From Mobula hypostoma (taxonomy: Eukaryota): a stretch of 64,000 bases of DNA. The notes below the pieces were generated by a model. That model was not told the DNA's origin and did no database searches. It saw only the letters and a list, made by a program, of their open reading frames with translations. Below are positions 24,835 to 37,554 of this stretch, piece after piece. Numbering within the stretch: the stretch's first letter is position 1; every line of letters starts with the position of its first letter. The position numbers and the translations under genes were made by a program. The DNA lies in assembly GCF_963921235.1 (NCBI RefSeq), contig NC_086108.1:96970001-97034000 (forward strand), in the 5' to 3' direction.

Positions 24835-25100
24835 TGATATAGGAGCCAAATTAGGCCATTTGGCACATCAAGTCTCCGCCATTTCATCATGGCTGATCCA
24901 TTTCCCTCTCAGCTCCAACCTCCTGCCTTCTCTCCATATCCCTTAATGCCGTGATCAAACAAGAATCTACCAACCTCTGCCTTAGATACACCCAATGAGT
25001 TGGCCTCCACAGCTGCCTGTGGCAACAAATTCCACAGATTCACCAACCCCTGGCTAAAGAAATTGCTCCTCATCTCCATTCTAAATGGATTTGTCCTCAG
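24835..25100 (-). mobile_element. CR1 LINE 3' fragment
   Basis: ORF PFRMEMRSNFFSQGLVNLWNLLPQAAVEA. Confidence 0.85.
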
Positions 25101-26184
25101 AATCCATGTGACCATGGGGAGAACATGCTGTCTCCTCAGAGACAGCAGTGGGAATTGAACTCCGATCTCTAGTCACCGGTGCTGCAAAGCTTCACATTAA
25201 CCACAGCACTACCCTGCCCTAGGTAGACTATCCACCTCTGTCTTACAGTTCTATCAGGCTCAGTGAAGATTTGGCAGATTAGTTCCAGGGATGCTGAGTT
25301 TGCTATCTGAGGAATTGATTGGCCTCATTCTCTGGATTTTAGAAGACTAGAAGGTAAATCTATTTGGAAGTTCCAAAATGTCGACCTGAGTTGACAGGCT
25401 GGATGCAGAGATGTCACCCTTGGCCGAGGAGTCTGGAGCCAGTGGTCACAGACTCAGAATGAGGGGGAGGACACTTAAGGTGGGGATGAGAAGAAATTTT
25501 CTCATGCAGTGTGTGGTCTCCCTTAACTGAGCCAGCTGAGTTCACTTAAGCAGAGATTGATAGATTCCTGAATTTTACGTGACTAAAGGGACATGGGAAT
25601 AATTCAAAAGCTGCAAGCATAGACATATAATCATAGAGGCACAAAGCACGGAGCTTTTGGACCATTGAGTCTGCAGTAAGCATCCAGTTACAATAACCAT
25701 GCACTGATCCCACTTCTTATTCTCCGCACTTCTCACAGATCCCTCTCACATACACACTTGGAAGCAATTCTCAGTAACTAGTGAACCTTCCAACCTGCTC
25801 GTCTTGGAAAGTGAGAAGAAACAAGATGAAACACACACAGTTGCAGGGAGAGTGTGGAATCTAGACACAGGCAGCAGCCAAAGCCGGCTTTGAACTTGTA
25901 AGGTTTTTTTCTCCCCTTGCTTTCTGCACTTCCTTCAATGTGGGGCGGTAGTGTGTCGCTTAGTGTAACGCTTTTACAGTGCCAGTGACTCAGGTTCAAT
26001 TCCCACAACAGTCTGTAAAGAGTTTGTAATTGGGTGATGCAGGTCAGTTGGATCAAAAAGGCCGATACCATGCAATATCTCTAAATGTATTTTCCTTTCT
26101 TTTTTGCACTACTGCCTCTTCCTCCTTTAATAGTCATAGAGGATTCTGCTTTCACTAATCGCTTTGCAGTTGACAACTGTCAGA

Positions 26185-27600
26185 GAAAACAGGGAATTAT
26201 AGACCGGTTAGCCTGACGCTGGTGGTGGGAAAGATGCTGGAGTCAATTATAAAAGAAGAAATTACGACACATCTGGATAGCAGTAACAGGATCGGTCCGA
26301 GTCAGCATGGATTTACGAAGGGGAAATCGTGCTTGACTAATCTTCTAGAATTTTTTGAGGATGTAACTATGAAAATGGACAAGGGAGAGCCAGTGGATGT
26401 AATGTACCTGGACTTTCAGAAAGCCTTTGATAAAGTCCCACATAGGAGATTAGTGGGCAAAATTAGGACACATGGTATTGGGGGCAGAGTACTGACATGG
26501 ATTGAAAATTGGCTGGCTGACAGAAAACAAAGAGTAGCGATTAACGGGTCCCTTTTGGAATGGCAGGCGGTGACCAGTGGGGTATCACAGGGTTCAGTAT
26601 TGGGACCACAGCTGTTTAAAATATATATTAATGATTTAGATGAGGGAATTAAAAGTAACATTATCAAATTTGCCAATGACACAAAGCTGGGTGACAGTGT
26701 GAAATGTGAGGAGGATGTTATGAGAATGCAGAGTGACTTGGACGGGCTGGGTGAGTGGGCAGATGCATGGCAGATGCAGTTTAATGTGGATAAGTGTGAG
26801 GTTATCCACTTTGGTGGTAAGAACGGGAAGGCAGATTATTATCCAAATGGAGTCAAGTTAGGAGAAGGGGAAGTACAACGAGATCTAGGTGTTCTTGTAC
26901 ATCAGTCACTGAAAGCAAGCATGCAAGTACAGCAGGCAGTGAGGAAAGCTAATGGCATGCTGGCCTTCATAACAAGGGGAATTGAGTATAAGAGCAAAGA
27001 GGTCCTTCTGCAGCTGTACAGGGCTCTGGTGAGACCACACCTGGAGTACTGTGTGCAGTTTTGGTCTCCAAATTTGAGGAAGGACATTCTTGCTATTGAG
27101 GGAGTGCAGCGTAGGTTCACAAGGTTAATTCCCGGGATGGCGGGACTGTCATATGTTGAAAGATTGGAGCGACTGGGCTTGTATACGCTGGAATTTAGAA
27201 GGCTGAGCGGGGATCTTATTGAAACATATAAGATTATTAAGGGATTGGACACGCTGGAGGCAGGAAGCATGTTCCCGCTGATGGGTGAGTCCAGAACCAG
27301 AGGCCACAGTTTAAGAATAAGGGGTAGGCCATTTAGAACGGAGTTGAGGAAAAACTTTTTCACCCAGAGAGTGGTGGATACATGGAATGCTCTGCCCCAG
27401 AAGGCTGTGGAGGCCAAGTCTCTGGATGCTTTCAAGAAAGAGATGGATAGAGCTCTTAAAGATAGCGGAATCAAAGGTTATGGGGATAAGGCAGGAACTG
27501 GATACTGATTGTGGATGATCAGCCATGATCACAGTGAATGGTGGTGCTGGCTTGAAGGGCCAATTGGCCTACTCCTGCACCTATTGTCTGTTGCCTATTA
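26185..27600 (+). mobile_element. Young 5'-truncated CR1 (HER1-like) LINE
   Basis: Uninterrupted RT reading frame followed by the 3' UTR and a (CCTATTG)-like tail. Confidence 0.95.
26222..27508 (+). CDS. CR1 ORF2 reverse transcriptase domain and C-terminus (partial, 428 aa)
   Basis: QHGFTKGKSCLTNL, YLDFQKAFDKVPH, SGVSQGSVLGP, KFANDTKLG (the catalytic FADD reads FAND). Confidence 0.9.
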   Translation: MVGKMLESIIKEEITTHLDSSNRIGPSQHGFTKGKSCLTNLLEFFEDVTMKMDKGEPVDVMYLDFQKAFDKVPHRRLVGKIRTHGIGGRVLTWIENWLADRKQRVAINGSLLEWQAVTSGVSQGSVLGPQLFKIYINDLDEGIKSNIIKFANDTKLGDSVKCEEDVMRMQSDLDGLGEWADAWQMQFNVDKCEVIHFGGKNGKADYYPNGVKLGEGEVQRDLGVLVHQSLKASMQVQQAVRKANGMLAFITRGIEYKSKEVLLQLYRALVRPHLEYCVQFWSPNLRKDILAIEGVQRRFTRLIPGMAGLSYVERLERLGLYTLEFRRLSGDLIETYKIIKGLDTLEAGSMFPLMGESRTRGHSLRIRGRPFRTELRKNFFTQRVVDTWNALPQKAVEAKSLDAFKKEMDRALKDSGIKGYGDKAGTGY

Positions 27601-28059
27601 ACTAACCCTGTCTTCAATGTAGAGCAAAAGATTCTTTTGGCCGCCCCTTTAATGCTTTCTGGTAATTATATTACACGTACCTACTTGTTATAAACTGCAT
27701 TATGTTAATATAGAATCTTCAAACCCTCTACCAGACCTCCCCTTGTTCCCATTCAATGTCCCTAGCTGTGTATTGAATTTTTACCATGAGGGCAACCCTG
27801 AAAATGATCAGCTTAAGCTCTGCTGACTGTTGATTTAACTTTTGTAAGGTATGTAGAAAACATAAAATAGTCAGGGTAGAAATGTAAAAAAAAAACAGGA
27901 GACATGCTTTTAAGGTTGAGTGGGGGTGTAAGTTTAAAGGCGATGTGAAAGGCAAGTTTACACACGAAGCGTGGCAGGTTTCTGAAATGGGTTACCAGGG
28001 GTAGTAATGGACTCAGGGAGCTTGGTGGAGTTCAAAAGGCTTTTAGATCCACACATGAA

Positions 28060-28620
28060 TATCAGAATCAGGTTTAATATCACCAGCATATGTCGTGAAA
28101 TTTGTTGTCTTTGTGGCAGCTGTACAATGCAATACATAATAATAGAAAAAAACTGAATTACAATAAGTATGTGTATATATGTGTGTGATAGTTAAATTAA
28201 ATATGTAGTGCAAAAATTAAAATTTAAAAAAGTAGTGAGGTAGTGTTCCTGTGTTCAATGTCTGTTCAGAAATCCGATGGCAGAGGTGGAAGAAGCTGTT
28301 CCTGAATCGTTGAGCGTGTGTCTTCAGGCTTCTGTACCTCCTCCCTGATGCTAGCAATGAAAAGAGGGCATGTCCTAAGTGATGGGGGTCTTTAATGATG
28401 GATGCCGATTTTTTTGAGTCAGCGCACCTTGAAGGTGGGGACACTAGTGCCCATGATGGAGCTGACTAAGTTTACAGCTGACTACAGCTTGCTTCGATTC
28501 AGTCCAGTGGCCCTCCTCCCACTCCCATCTCCAGATGGTGATGCAGCAGGTTAGAATGCTCTCCATGGTACCTCTGTAGAAATAGTGACATACCAACATC
28601 TCCTCAAACTCCTAATGAAG
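28060..28620 (-). mobile_element. Rex1/Babar-type LINE 3' fragment
   Basis: ORF ..SIIKDPHHLGHALFSLLASGRRYRSL..RFRNSFF; tail complement AGAATCAGGTTT. Confidence 0.75.
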
Positions 28621-29269
28621 TATAAAAGAAATGATAGAAAGGAGGAGGACATTTGGTATAAACTGGAAATAAGAAGTGGCCTGAAATTGTCGACCAAATG
28701 ACCTGTTTAGTGCTGCACTGTTCTATGTTCTACACTGGGAAACGAATCAAAGGGAGTGATATTCAGAAATGACAAAGGAGAGAAGTGGCGAAGTTTATAA
28801 AACAAATTCTATGTTAACTAATTGGCTACACCTCAGCCTTATGCAGGCGTATCCGAAGACGTATAAAGTACATTTGCCAGTAATAGTATTTTTTCTCCTT
28901 TCTTGATACTGAATACTCACACTCATCCATTCAGTTTTGGTGATACCACCAACTCAATGGGCTGAATGGCCACATGCATTTATGTGGGGTTTCTGTTCTG
29001 GGCTGAGTTAATGAAGGGAGGTGTGGCCACTCATTAGTGCCCTACTGCTCACATTGTAAGACCTGTCCCGGTTTTTCCCCGCAAAGTGCAACACCTCACA
29101 CTCTCTGCATTACATTACATCAGACATTTTTCAGTCCATTTTTCCAATTGGTTCAGATCCTGCTGCAAGCTTTGATAATCTTCCTCGCTATGCACTGCAC
29201 TCCCCAATCCTGGTGTCATCTCAAAGTTGCTAATGCAGTTTAAATGCATCATATGTTTCAATGTACATG

Positions 29270-29900
29270 TGGCAAATAGGAGGTGGAACAGAGGGATCTG
29301 GGAATACAGGTCCATAATTCCTTCGAAGTGGTGTCACAGGTACATAGGATTTGTAAAGAAGGTTTTTTCCACATTGGCCTCCATAAATCAAAGTTTTGAG
29401 TATAGGAGTTAGGATTCTATGTTGAAATTTGGAATGTTGTGTGCAGTTTTGGTCACCCACCTACAGGAAATATGTAAATAAGATTGAAAGAGTGTGGAGA
29501 AATTTTACAAGGATGTTCCTGGGACTTAAGGACCTGAGTTATAGGTCCTAAAATTATGAGGGCTATAGATAGGGTAAATACTAGCAGGTTTTTTCCTCTG
29601 AGGTTGGGTGAAAATACAATTGGAGGTCATGGGTTAAAGGTGAAAGGTGAAATGTTTAAGGAGAACATGAGGGGGGACTTCTTCACCCAGAAGGTGTTGA
29701 GAGTGTGGAACAAGCTGCCAGCGCAAGTGGTGGATGTGGTTCGATTTTAACATTTAAGAGTAATTTGGATGAGAGGGACATGGAGGGTTATGATCTGGGT
29801 GCAGGTCATTGGGAATAGGCAGATCAATGATTCAGCACAGATTTGATGGTGCAAAGGGCCTGTTTCTGTACCATAGTGTCCTGCGACTCTATGGTTCTAT
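29270..29900 (+). mobile_element. Degenerate CR1 3' fragment
   Basis: GGHGLKVKGEMFKENMRGDFFTQKVLRVWNKLP. Confidence 0.85.
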
Positions 29901-30230
29901 GACCACAAGACGTGGGAGTAGAATTAGGTCATTCGACCCATCGAGTTTGCTCCACTCTTCTATCATGGCTGATTTATTATCCCCGTTCTCCTGCCTTCTC
30001 CCTGCAGCCTTTGACAACCTTACTATTCAAGAAACAATCAACTTTCACCTTAAATATACTAAATAACTTGGCCTCCACAGCCATCTGTAGTAATGAATTG
30101 TGCAGACCCCCATCCTCTGGCTAAAGAAATTCCTCCTTACCTCAGTTTTAAAGGGATCTCTTTCTATTCTGAGACTGCTCCCTCTGGTACTAGACTTCCC
30201 CACTATCTTCTCCATATCCACCCTATCTAG

Positions 30231-31790
30231 GGTCTGGACAAGATATTCCCTAGGACCCTGAGGGAAGTTAGTGTGGAAATAGCAGGGGCTCTGACAGAAA
30301 TATTTCAAATGTCATTAGAAATGGGGATGGTGCCAGAGGATTGGCGTATTGCTCATGTGGTTCCATTGTTTAAAAAGGGTTCTAAGAGTAAACCTGGCAA
30401 TTATCAGCCTGTGAGTTTGACGTCAGTGGTGGGTAAATTGATGGAAAGTATTTTTAGAGATGGTATATATAATTATCTGGACAGACAGGGTCTGATTAGG
30501 AACAGTCAACATGGATTTGTGCGTGGAAGGTCATGTTTGACAAATCTTATTGAATTTTTTGATGAGGTTACTAGGAAAGTTGACGAGGGTAAAGCAGTGG
30601 ATGTTGTCTATATGGACTTCAGTAAAGCCTTTGACAAGGTTCCACACGGAAGGTTAGTTAGGAAGGTTCAATCATTAAGCATTAATATCGAAGTAGTAAA
30701 ATGGATTCAGCAGTGGCTGGATGGGAGATGCCAGAGAGTAATGGTGGATAACTGTGTGCCAGATTGGAGGACGGTGTCCAGCGGTGTGCCTCAGGGATCT
30801 GTACTGGGTCCAATGTTGTTTGTCATATATATTAATGATCTGGATGATGGGGTGGTAAATTGGATTAGTAAGTATGCAGATGATACGAAGATAGGTGGCG
30901 TTGTGGATAATGAAGTAGGTTTTCAAAGCTTGCAGAGAGATTTAGGCCAGTTAGAAGAGTGGGCTGAAAGATGGCAGATGGAGTTTAATGCTGATAAATG
31001 TGAGGTGCTACATTTTGGTAGGACTAATCAAAATAGGACATACATGGTAAATGGTAGGGCATTGAAGAATGCAGTAGAACAGAGGGATCTAGGAATAATG
31101 GTGCATAGTTCCCTGAAGGTGGAATCTCATGTGGATAGGGTAGTGAAGAAAGCTTTTGGTATGCTGGCCTTTATTAATCAGAGCACTGAGTATAGGAGAT
31201 GGGATGTAATGTTGAAATTGTATGAGGCATTGATGAGGCCAAATTTGGAGTATTGTATACAGTTCTGGTCACTGAATTATGGGAAAGATGTTAATAAAAT
31301 TGAGAGAGTATAGAGGAAATTTACTAAAATGTTGCCTGGGTTTCATCTCCTAAGTTACAGAGAAAGCTTGAACAAGTTAGGTCTTTATTCTTTGGAGCGT
31401 AGAAGGTTGAGGGGGGACTTGATAGAGGTATTTAAAATTATGAGGGGGATAGATAGAGTTGACGTGGATAGGCTTTTTCCATTGAGAGTGGGGGAGACTC
31501 AAACAAGAGGGCATGAGTTTAGAGTTAAGGGGCAAAAGTTTAGGGGTAACATGAGGGGGAACTTCTTTACTCAGAGAGTGGTAGCTATGTAGAACGAGCT
31601 TCCAGCAGAAGTGGTTGAGGCAGGTTTGATGTTGTCGTTTAAAGTTAAATTGGATAGTTATATGGACAGGAAAGGAATGGAGGGTTATGGGCTGAGTGCA
31701 GGTCGGTGGGACTAGGTGAGAGTAAGAGTTGGGCACAGACTAGAAGGGCCGAGATGGCCTGTTTCTGTGCTGTAATTGTTATATGGTCAT
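30231..31790 (+). mobile_element. 5'-truncated CR1 LINE inserted into an older minus-strand CR1 (29910-30230, 31790-31985)
   Basis: Long RT ORF and 3' UTR; the host CR1 sequence continues on both sides. Confidence 0.92.
30273..31313 (+). CDS. CR1 ORF2 RT domain (partial, 346 aa, premature stop)
   Basis: VPEDWRIAHVVPLFKKG, QHGFVRGRSCLTNL, DFSKAFDKVPH, GVPQGSVLGP, KYADDTK; the frame resumes in ORF 31329-31592. Confidence 0.9.
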   Translation: MEIAGALTEIFQMSLEMGMVPEDWRIAHVVPLFKKGSKSKPGNYQPVSLTSVVGKLMESIFRDGIYNYLDRQGLIRNSQHGFVRGRSCLTNLIEFFDEVTRKVDEGKAVDVVYMDFSKAFDKVPHGRLVRKVQSLSINIEVVKWIQQWLDGRCQRVMVDNCVPDWRTVSSGVPQGSVLGPMLFVIYINDLDDGVVNWISKYADDTKIGGVVDNEVGFQSLQRDLGQLEEWAERWQMEFNADKCEVLHFGRTNQNRTYMVNGRALKNAVEQRDLGIMVHSSLKVESHVDRVVKKAFGMLAFINQSTEYRRWDVMLKLYEALMRPNLEYCIQFWSLNYGKDVNKIERV

Positions 31791-32390
31791 AGGCCTTTGA
31801 ATATTCGATCAGTTTCAATGAGATCGCCCTCCTCTCCTCCACCCCCCCCCCATTCTTCTAAATTCCAGTGTGTACAGATCCAGAGCTGTCAAATGCTCCT
31901 CATACATAAACCTTTTCATTCCTGGGATCATTCTTGTGATCCTCCTCTGGCCATCTCCAATCCTTTCTTAGATTAGGGGTCCATATTTCACTTTACATGT
32001 GCAGTGAATGTGTGACAAATAAAGCTAATCTTTTTATAATCTCCCTTCCATCCACTGCTTCCTTAAGCCAGCCTCCCTACCCTGGTGAACACATATACAC
32101 TTCCATTCCTTAGAACTCCAGTTAGATAGATTCTGTAGCTGGGCAGGCAACTCTGACTGATAGACATGACTGAGAGTTTCTGCAGGGAATCGACCTCAAA
32201 TCCCTTCTCGTGGTGGCTGCCACTGGTTCATGCAGATGCTGGAATCTGGAACTAAAAACAGACTGCTGGAAGAGCTCAGTAGGTCAGACAGCTAGGGCAC
32301 AGCTCAGCGTATCACAGAAAGCAGCCTCCCCTCCATGGTCTCTGTCTGTACTTCTCTCCGGCTCAGCAAAGCAGCCAGCATAATCGAAGA

Positions 32391-33200
32391 AACACACATC
32401 AAAGTTGCTGGTGAACGCAGCAGGCCAAGCAGCATCTGTAGGAAGAGGTGCAGTCAACGTTTCAGGCCAAGACCCTTCGTCAGGACTAACTGAAGGAAGA
32501 GTGAGTAAGGGATTTGAAAGTTGGAGGGGGAGGGGGAGATCCAAAATGATAGGAGAAGACAGGAGGGGGAGGGATAGAGTCAAGAGCTGGACAGGTGATA
32601 GGCAAGAGGGGATACGAGAGGATCATGGGACAGGAGGTCCGGGAACAAAGACGAGGGGGGGGGGAACCCAGAGGATGGGCAAGAGGTATATTCAGAGGGA
32701 CAGAGGGAGAAAAAGGAGAGTGAGAGAAAGAATGTGTGCATAAAAATAAGTAACAGATGGGGTACGAGGGGGAGGTGGGGCCTAGCGGAAGTTAGAGAAA
32801 TCGATGTTCATGCCATCAGGTTGGAGGCTACCCAGACGGAATATAAGGTGTTGTTCCTCCAACCTGAGTGTGGCTTCATCTTTACAGTAGAGGAGGCCGT
32901 GGATAGACATGTCAGAATGGGAATGGGATGTGGAATTAAAATGTGTGGTCACTGGGAGATCCTGCTTTCTCTGACGGACAGAGCGTAGATGTTCAGCAAA
33001 GCGGTCTCCCAGTCTGCGTCGAGTCTCGCCAATATATAAAAGGCCACATCGGGAGCACCGGACGCGGTATATCACCCCAGTCGACTCACAGGTAAAGTGT
33101 TGCCTCACCTGGAAGGACTGTTTGGGGCCCTGAATGGTGGTAAGGGAGGAAGTGTAAGGGCATGTGTAGCACTTGTTCCGCTTACACGGATAATTACACG
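32391..33200 (-). mobile_element. 5'-truncated Penelope-like element with an open GIY-YIG domain and a hammerhead-bearing terminal repeat
   Basis: CKRNKCYTC...GVIYRVRCSRCGLLYIGETRRRLGDRFAEH...RLEEQHLIFRLGSLQPDGMN; perfect 14-bp TSD AGCATAATCGAAGA at 32377-32390 and 33201-33214. Confidence 0.95.
32451..32487 (-). ncRNA. Minimal type I hammerhead ribozyme motif
   Basis: Minus strand reads AGTC-CTGACGA-AGGGTCTTGGCCT-GAAAC-GTT-GACTG. Confidence 0.65.
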
Positions 33201-35899
33201 AGCATAATCGAAGATCCCATCCACCTTGGACATCATATCTTCTCCCCTGTCCCATTGGCCAGGTGATACGAAAGCCTGAAAGCACGTACCACCAGGATCA
33301 AGGACAGCTTCTATACCACTGTTATCAGATTCTTGAATGGACCTCTTGTACGATAAGATAGATTCTTTGCCTCATCATCCATCTCGTTATGATCTTGCGG
33401 TTTATCATTTAACTGCCCTGCACTTTTTCGGAAACTTTTGCACTTTACTCTGCGTTGTTATTGTTTTATCTTGTTCTAGTTTAATGCAGTGAGTCATGAT
33501 TTGCTCTGTATGAACAGTATGCAAGACACTGTATCTTGGTTCCTGTGACAATCATAAACCAATACCAATCTGTGGAGGGAAATGGAAAGTCAATGTTTCA
33601 GGTTTCGTTCCTTTATCCAGACTAAAAGATAGAGGGGAGATGCCCTGTGTAAAGTGGTGAGGGAAAGGGATGGAGCAAGAGCTGGCAAGCAATAGGTGGA
33701 CCCAGCTGTGGATGCAGATGGAGGATGGAAGGGTGGAAACAGAAATGGGAGCTGATAGGTGGGGGTAACATAAGGCTGCAGAAAATGGAATCTGATCGGA
33801 AAGGAAGGAGGGAAAGGACGATGGGGTGGAAAGATAGGAGCATACAGGGAATAGGACCTGTTGAGAGGTGGATGGGTAGGAATCTGGATGAGGTGCACTA
33901 CTCCAATTGAAGTCTGTGAACAACGATCCAAGTAACTCGAGTTTGGACACTTGTGTAAAGCTAAGATTGTGTGCAAATGCAGGTGTAATTCAAAACTTTC
34001 TCTGAAGTCTCTGGGACTTTGTAATTACTGAGGGTGCTTCTGGATATTCAAATTTAAAAGTTCAAAGTAAATTTATTATCAAAGTATGTATACGTTTTCT
34101 TGTAGGCATTTACAGGAACTGCTTTGTGCTGTGTGTGACTGTTGGTACTGTGTTTTGCACCTTGACCCCGTAGTAGTGCTTTCTTGTTTGGCTGTATTCA
34201 TGTATGGTTGAATAACAATCAAACTTGAATTGAATTGAAAATAGGGAAATACAACAGAATTTATGAAAATTATATTACATTTGTTCACTCATCAATATCA
34301 GCCTCCACAATGGCAATTCTTCCGGTTTAAAATTCTCGTAGGTAGTCTCTGTAACCTAAACTCCTCCACCATGTTTGTCCCCCTCTTTGTACTGGTTCTC
34401 TGTGCATCCCTGGTTTCAGTTGTTCCACCAGTGATGGCCATAGTTTACAAATGGGTGTCCTTCAACAGGAGAAGGCACAAGAGGTCCTGCAGATGCTGGA
34501 TATCCAGAGCAACACACACAAAATGCTGGAGGAACTCAGCAGGCCAGGCAGTGCTTATGGAGAAGAATAACCAGTCAATGTTTCAGGCTGGGACCCTTCA
34601 ACAGAACTTGAGTACCTTGATATCTGTGCCAGCATCTGCCCTCATTAACAACAGTCAACTTGTATAAACCCAAATGTGGACACCTATAAATTGCACCGGG
34701 TGTCCCTTGAATTTGCATATTGCCCAGTCTTTAGCTGAGAATTATGAGGCAGTGGGCTACAAATACGAGTCTTGCCCCAATGCCCCGTTCTTGAAGGACA
34801 AATTAGCTCCAGTGAGAAGCAATTCTTTTCAAACCAACTTTTTCTGAACAAGTTCTTTCTTTGCTTTACTATCACCTGTCTGATTGCAAGAGGCAGTTTG
34901 CATGCCTGATCCTCTGCAAAATTTCCAATTGTTTCAAACTCCTGATAACTTGATGAGTAGATCCAGCTTCTTAAACGTTCTCAGTCCATTTGCTGTAGAA
35001 TCAAATCTTTCTCAATTGAGAACTGGCTTCAAAGAAATCGACTATCATGCATTTAATTGAACAGATCTTCCTGCTTGTATTGATTCGAAGATTGTTTGGT
35101 TCCTCCCCTCAACTCCATGGGTAAAACATTGATTTTAACTGACCTTGGGTTATATTAAAATGAGCTTATTACAGGGGTCTGAACTATTTTTTAAAAAAAT
35201 GCAAGCTGCATTTGCACAATTTCCACAATGATTGAATTCGCCGAATTGATAGTTCTTTGCCTTGTTAATTTTAGAAGCGTATGCCCATTTAAAAAAAACT
35301 CTCAGTTTCATGTTGATTTATTATTAGTGAAACATTTGTGTGTATGGATTTTAAAAAAAAATCCAGGTTAGTTCAAGTTCAAATTCAAGTTTAATTATCA
35401 TTCAACCATACACATGTATACAGTTAAAAGAAATAGTGATCCACTGGGGCCAAGGTGAAAAGCGCAGTATATACAGTCACACACAACACACACCACATAT
35501 AGCTGCGATAGCACATACACTCACAAAATAATATTAGTACAAGCCCCTGAGTGACATGGCCTGAAGATTGATGGTGCATGGGATGTTGTCTTGGAGCCAA
35601 GTTTCTGCAAGAACAAGGACATAGCGGTTCCTCATTTTTTTTTGAGTCAGCCATAGATGAAGGCAACCTAGCTTGTCTTTCAGGGAGCAAACACTGGAGA
35701 GCAGCCCTGGCGGGAGAACCCACAGGGGCCAGATCATTTAAAGATACAGCATAGATACAGGCCCTTTAGTCCAACAATTTGCCCATTTACACCAATCCAA
35801 CATTAATTTTAATTTGGGATTCTAAATTAATCTTGCACTAGTTTTCCCTTGCTTTTTATTTTCCTAATGTTTTTGTAAAATCGTTCCTGATTCTATCAT

Positions 35900-36110
35900 T
35901 CTTCTACATATTGGGAGCAATTTACATCAGCCAATTAATCTACCAACCAGCATATCTTTGGGATGTGGGTGGAAACCAAAGCACCCGAGGAAACCTACAT
36001 GGTCGCAGGAAGAACGTGCAAACTCCACACCGACAGCACCCGAGGTCAGGATTGAACCTGGGTCTCTGGCAATTTGAGGCAGTGACTCCACCAGATGTGC
36101 CACGGTGCCA
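35900..36110 (-). mobile_element. V-SINE
   Basis: Reverse-complement V-domain GGAAACCAAAGCACCCGAGGAAACC and B-box GGATTGAACC. Confidence 0.75.
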
Positions 36111-36339
36111 TTGACTGGGCCAATTGTATGCATAGAGCAAGGCACAAACATGAGATTCTGCGGGTGCTGGAAATCTTGAGCAACACGCACAAAAGGAACT
36201 CAGCGGGTTGGGCTGCATCAATAGAGGGGTAAAAAAACAGTCGATATTTTGGGTCAAGACTTTTCATCAGGAGTAGATATAGTGGCCTGGATTAAAATAG
36301 GGATAGACCATCTAGGTAGGGCAAGGGTCAGTGAAAATT

Positions 36340-37110
36340 TTTGGGCAGGTTTGTGGACAATATAAAAATAGGTGAAGGGGCAGGTAGTGTTGAGGAGGTA
36401 GGGAGTCTGCGGAAGAACTTAGACAGCTGAAGAGAATGGACAAAGAAGTGGCAGACTGAGTACACTGTAAGGAAGTGTATGGTCATGCTGTTTGGCAGAA
36501 GGAATAAAGGTGTAGACTATTTTCCAAATGGGGTGAAAATTCAGAAATCAGAGGTGCAAAGGGACTTGGGAGTCCTAGTGCAAGATTCACTAAAGATTAA
36601 CTTGTAGGTTGAGTCAGTGGTAAAGAAGGCAAATGCAATGTTAGCATTCATTTTGAGAGGACTGGAATATAAAGGCGTGTAATGCTGAGGCTTTATAAGT
36701 CTTTGGTCAGCCGTTTAGAAGAATGAACGGGTGAGGCGGGCATCTCATTGAAACCTATAGACTATTGGAAGGCCCAGAGTGGGCATGGAGGGGATGTTTC
36801 AATAGTGAAGGAGTCTGGGCTCTGAGAACACTGTCTCAGAATACAAGGATGCCCATTTAGAACAGAGATGAAGATGAATTTCTTGAGGGTGGTGAATCTG
36901 TGGAATTCATTGCCACAGATGACTATGGAGGCCAAGTCTTTGGGTACATTTAAAGCAGAAGTTGACCGGTTCTTGACTAGTAAGGACATCAAAGGTTACG
37001 GGAGAAGGCAGGAAAATGGGATTGGGAAGGATAATAAATCAGACATGATGGAATGACGGAGCAGACTCAATGGGCTGAATGGCCTAATTCTGCTCCTTTG
37101 TTTTATAGGT
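36340..37110 (+). mobile_element. Degenerate CR1 3' fragment
   Basis: RVVNLWNSLPQMTMEAKSLGTFKAEVDRFL and a CR1 3' UTR. Confidence 0.85.
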
Positions 37111-37554
37111 GCTTTGGACAGGTTTAGCCAGTGTTTGTATTTTTCATTTGTAGGGGTTCTTACCCTGAAACCAGCCCGAATGGCGCAGTTGACAGCGAAG
37201 GGAGGGTGATCCAGGATGCACTCCAGGGCAGGGATGGGAGGGGGTGGATATTGGATGTAGAAGTGATTCTGAGCTGGGATTTGATTGGGGTGAGGCTCTG
37301 AACCAAGTGAGGCTTTGCTCCACCTTTCCACAAGTATTACTATGAAGATGATGAATTCCTTGTGGCTGAGAAAACATGGCTATTCAAGGCCAAAACTGTA
37401 TGGTAAATGTGAGGTTGCCAGGCGCACTGTGATACTTAGTCAACCCTTATCTTGATGCTTGATGGCATCTCCACGTCATTGACTGTGCCAGTGGTATAAC
37501 CTATGAATGGGGAAGTGATAACAGGTAGCTATCAAATTATCATATATTCAATAC

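Noticed and set aside
34870..34995. Minus-strand exon-like segment (ttctacag|...CAG|gtgata)
   Set aside because: Stops occur in all three frames
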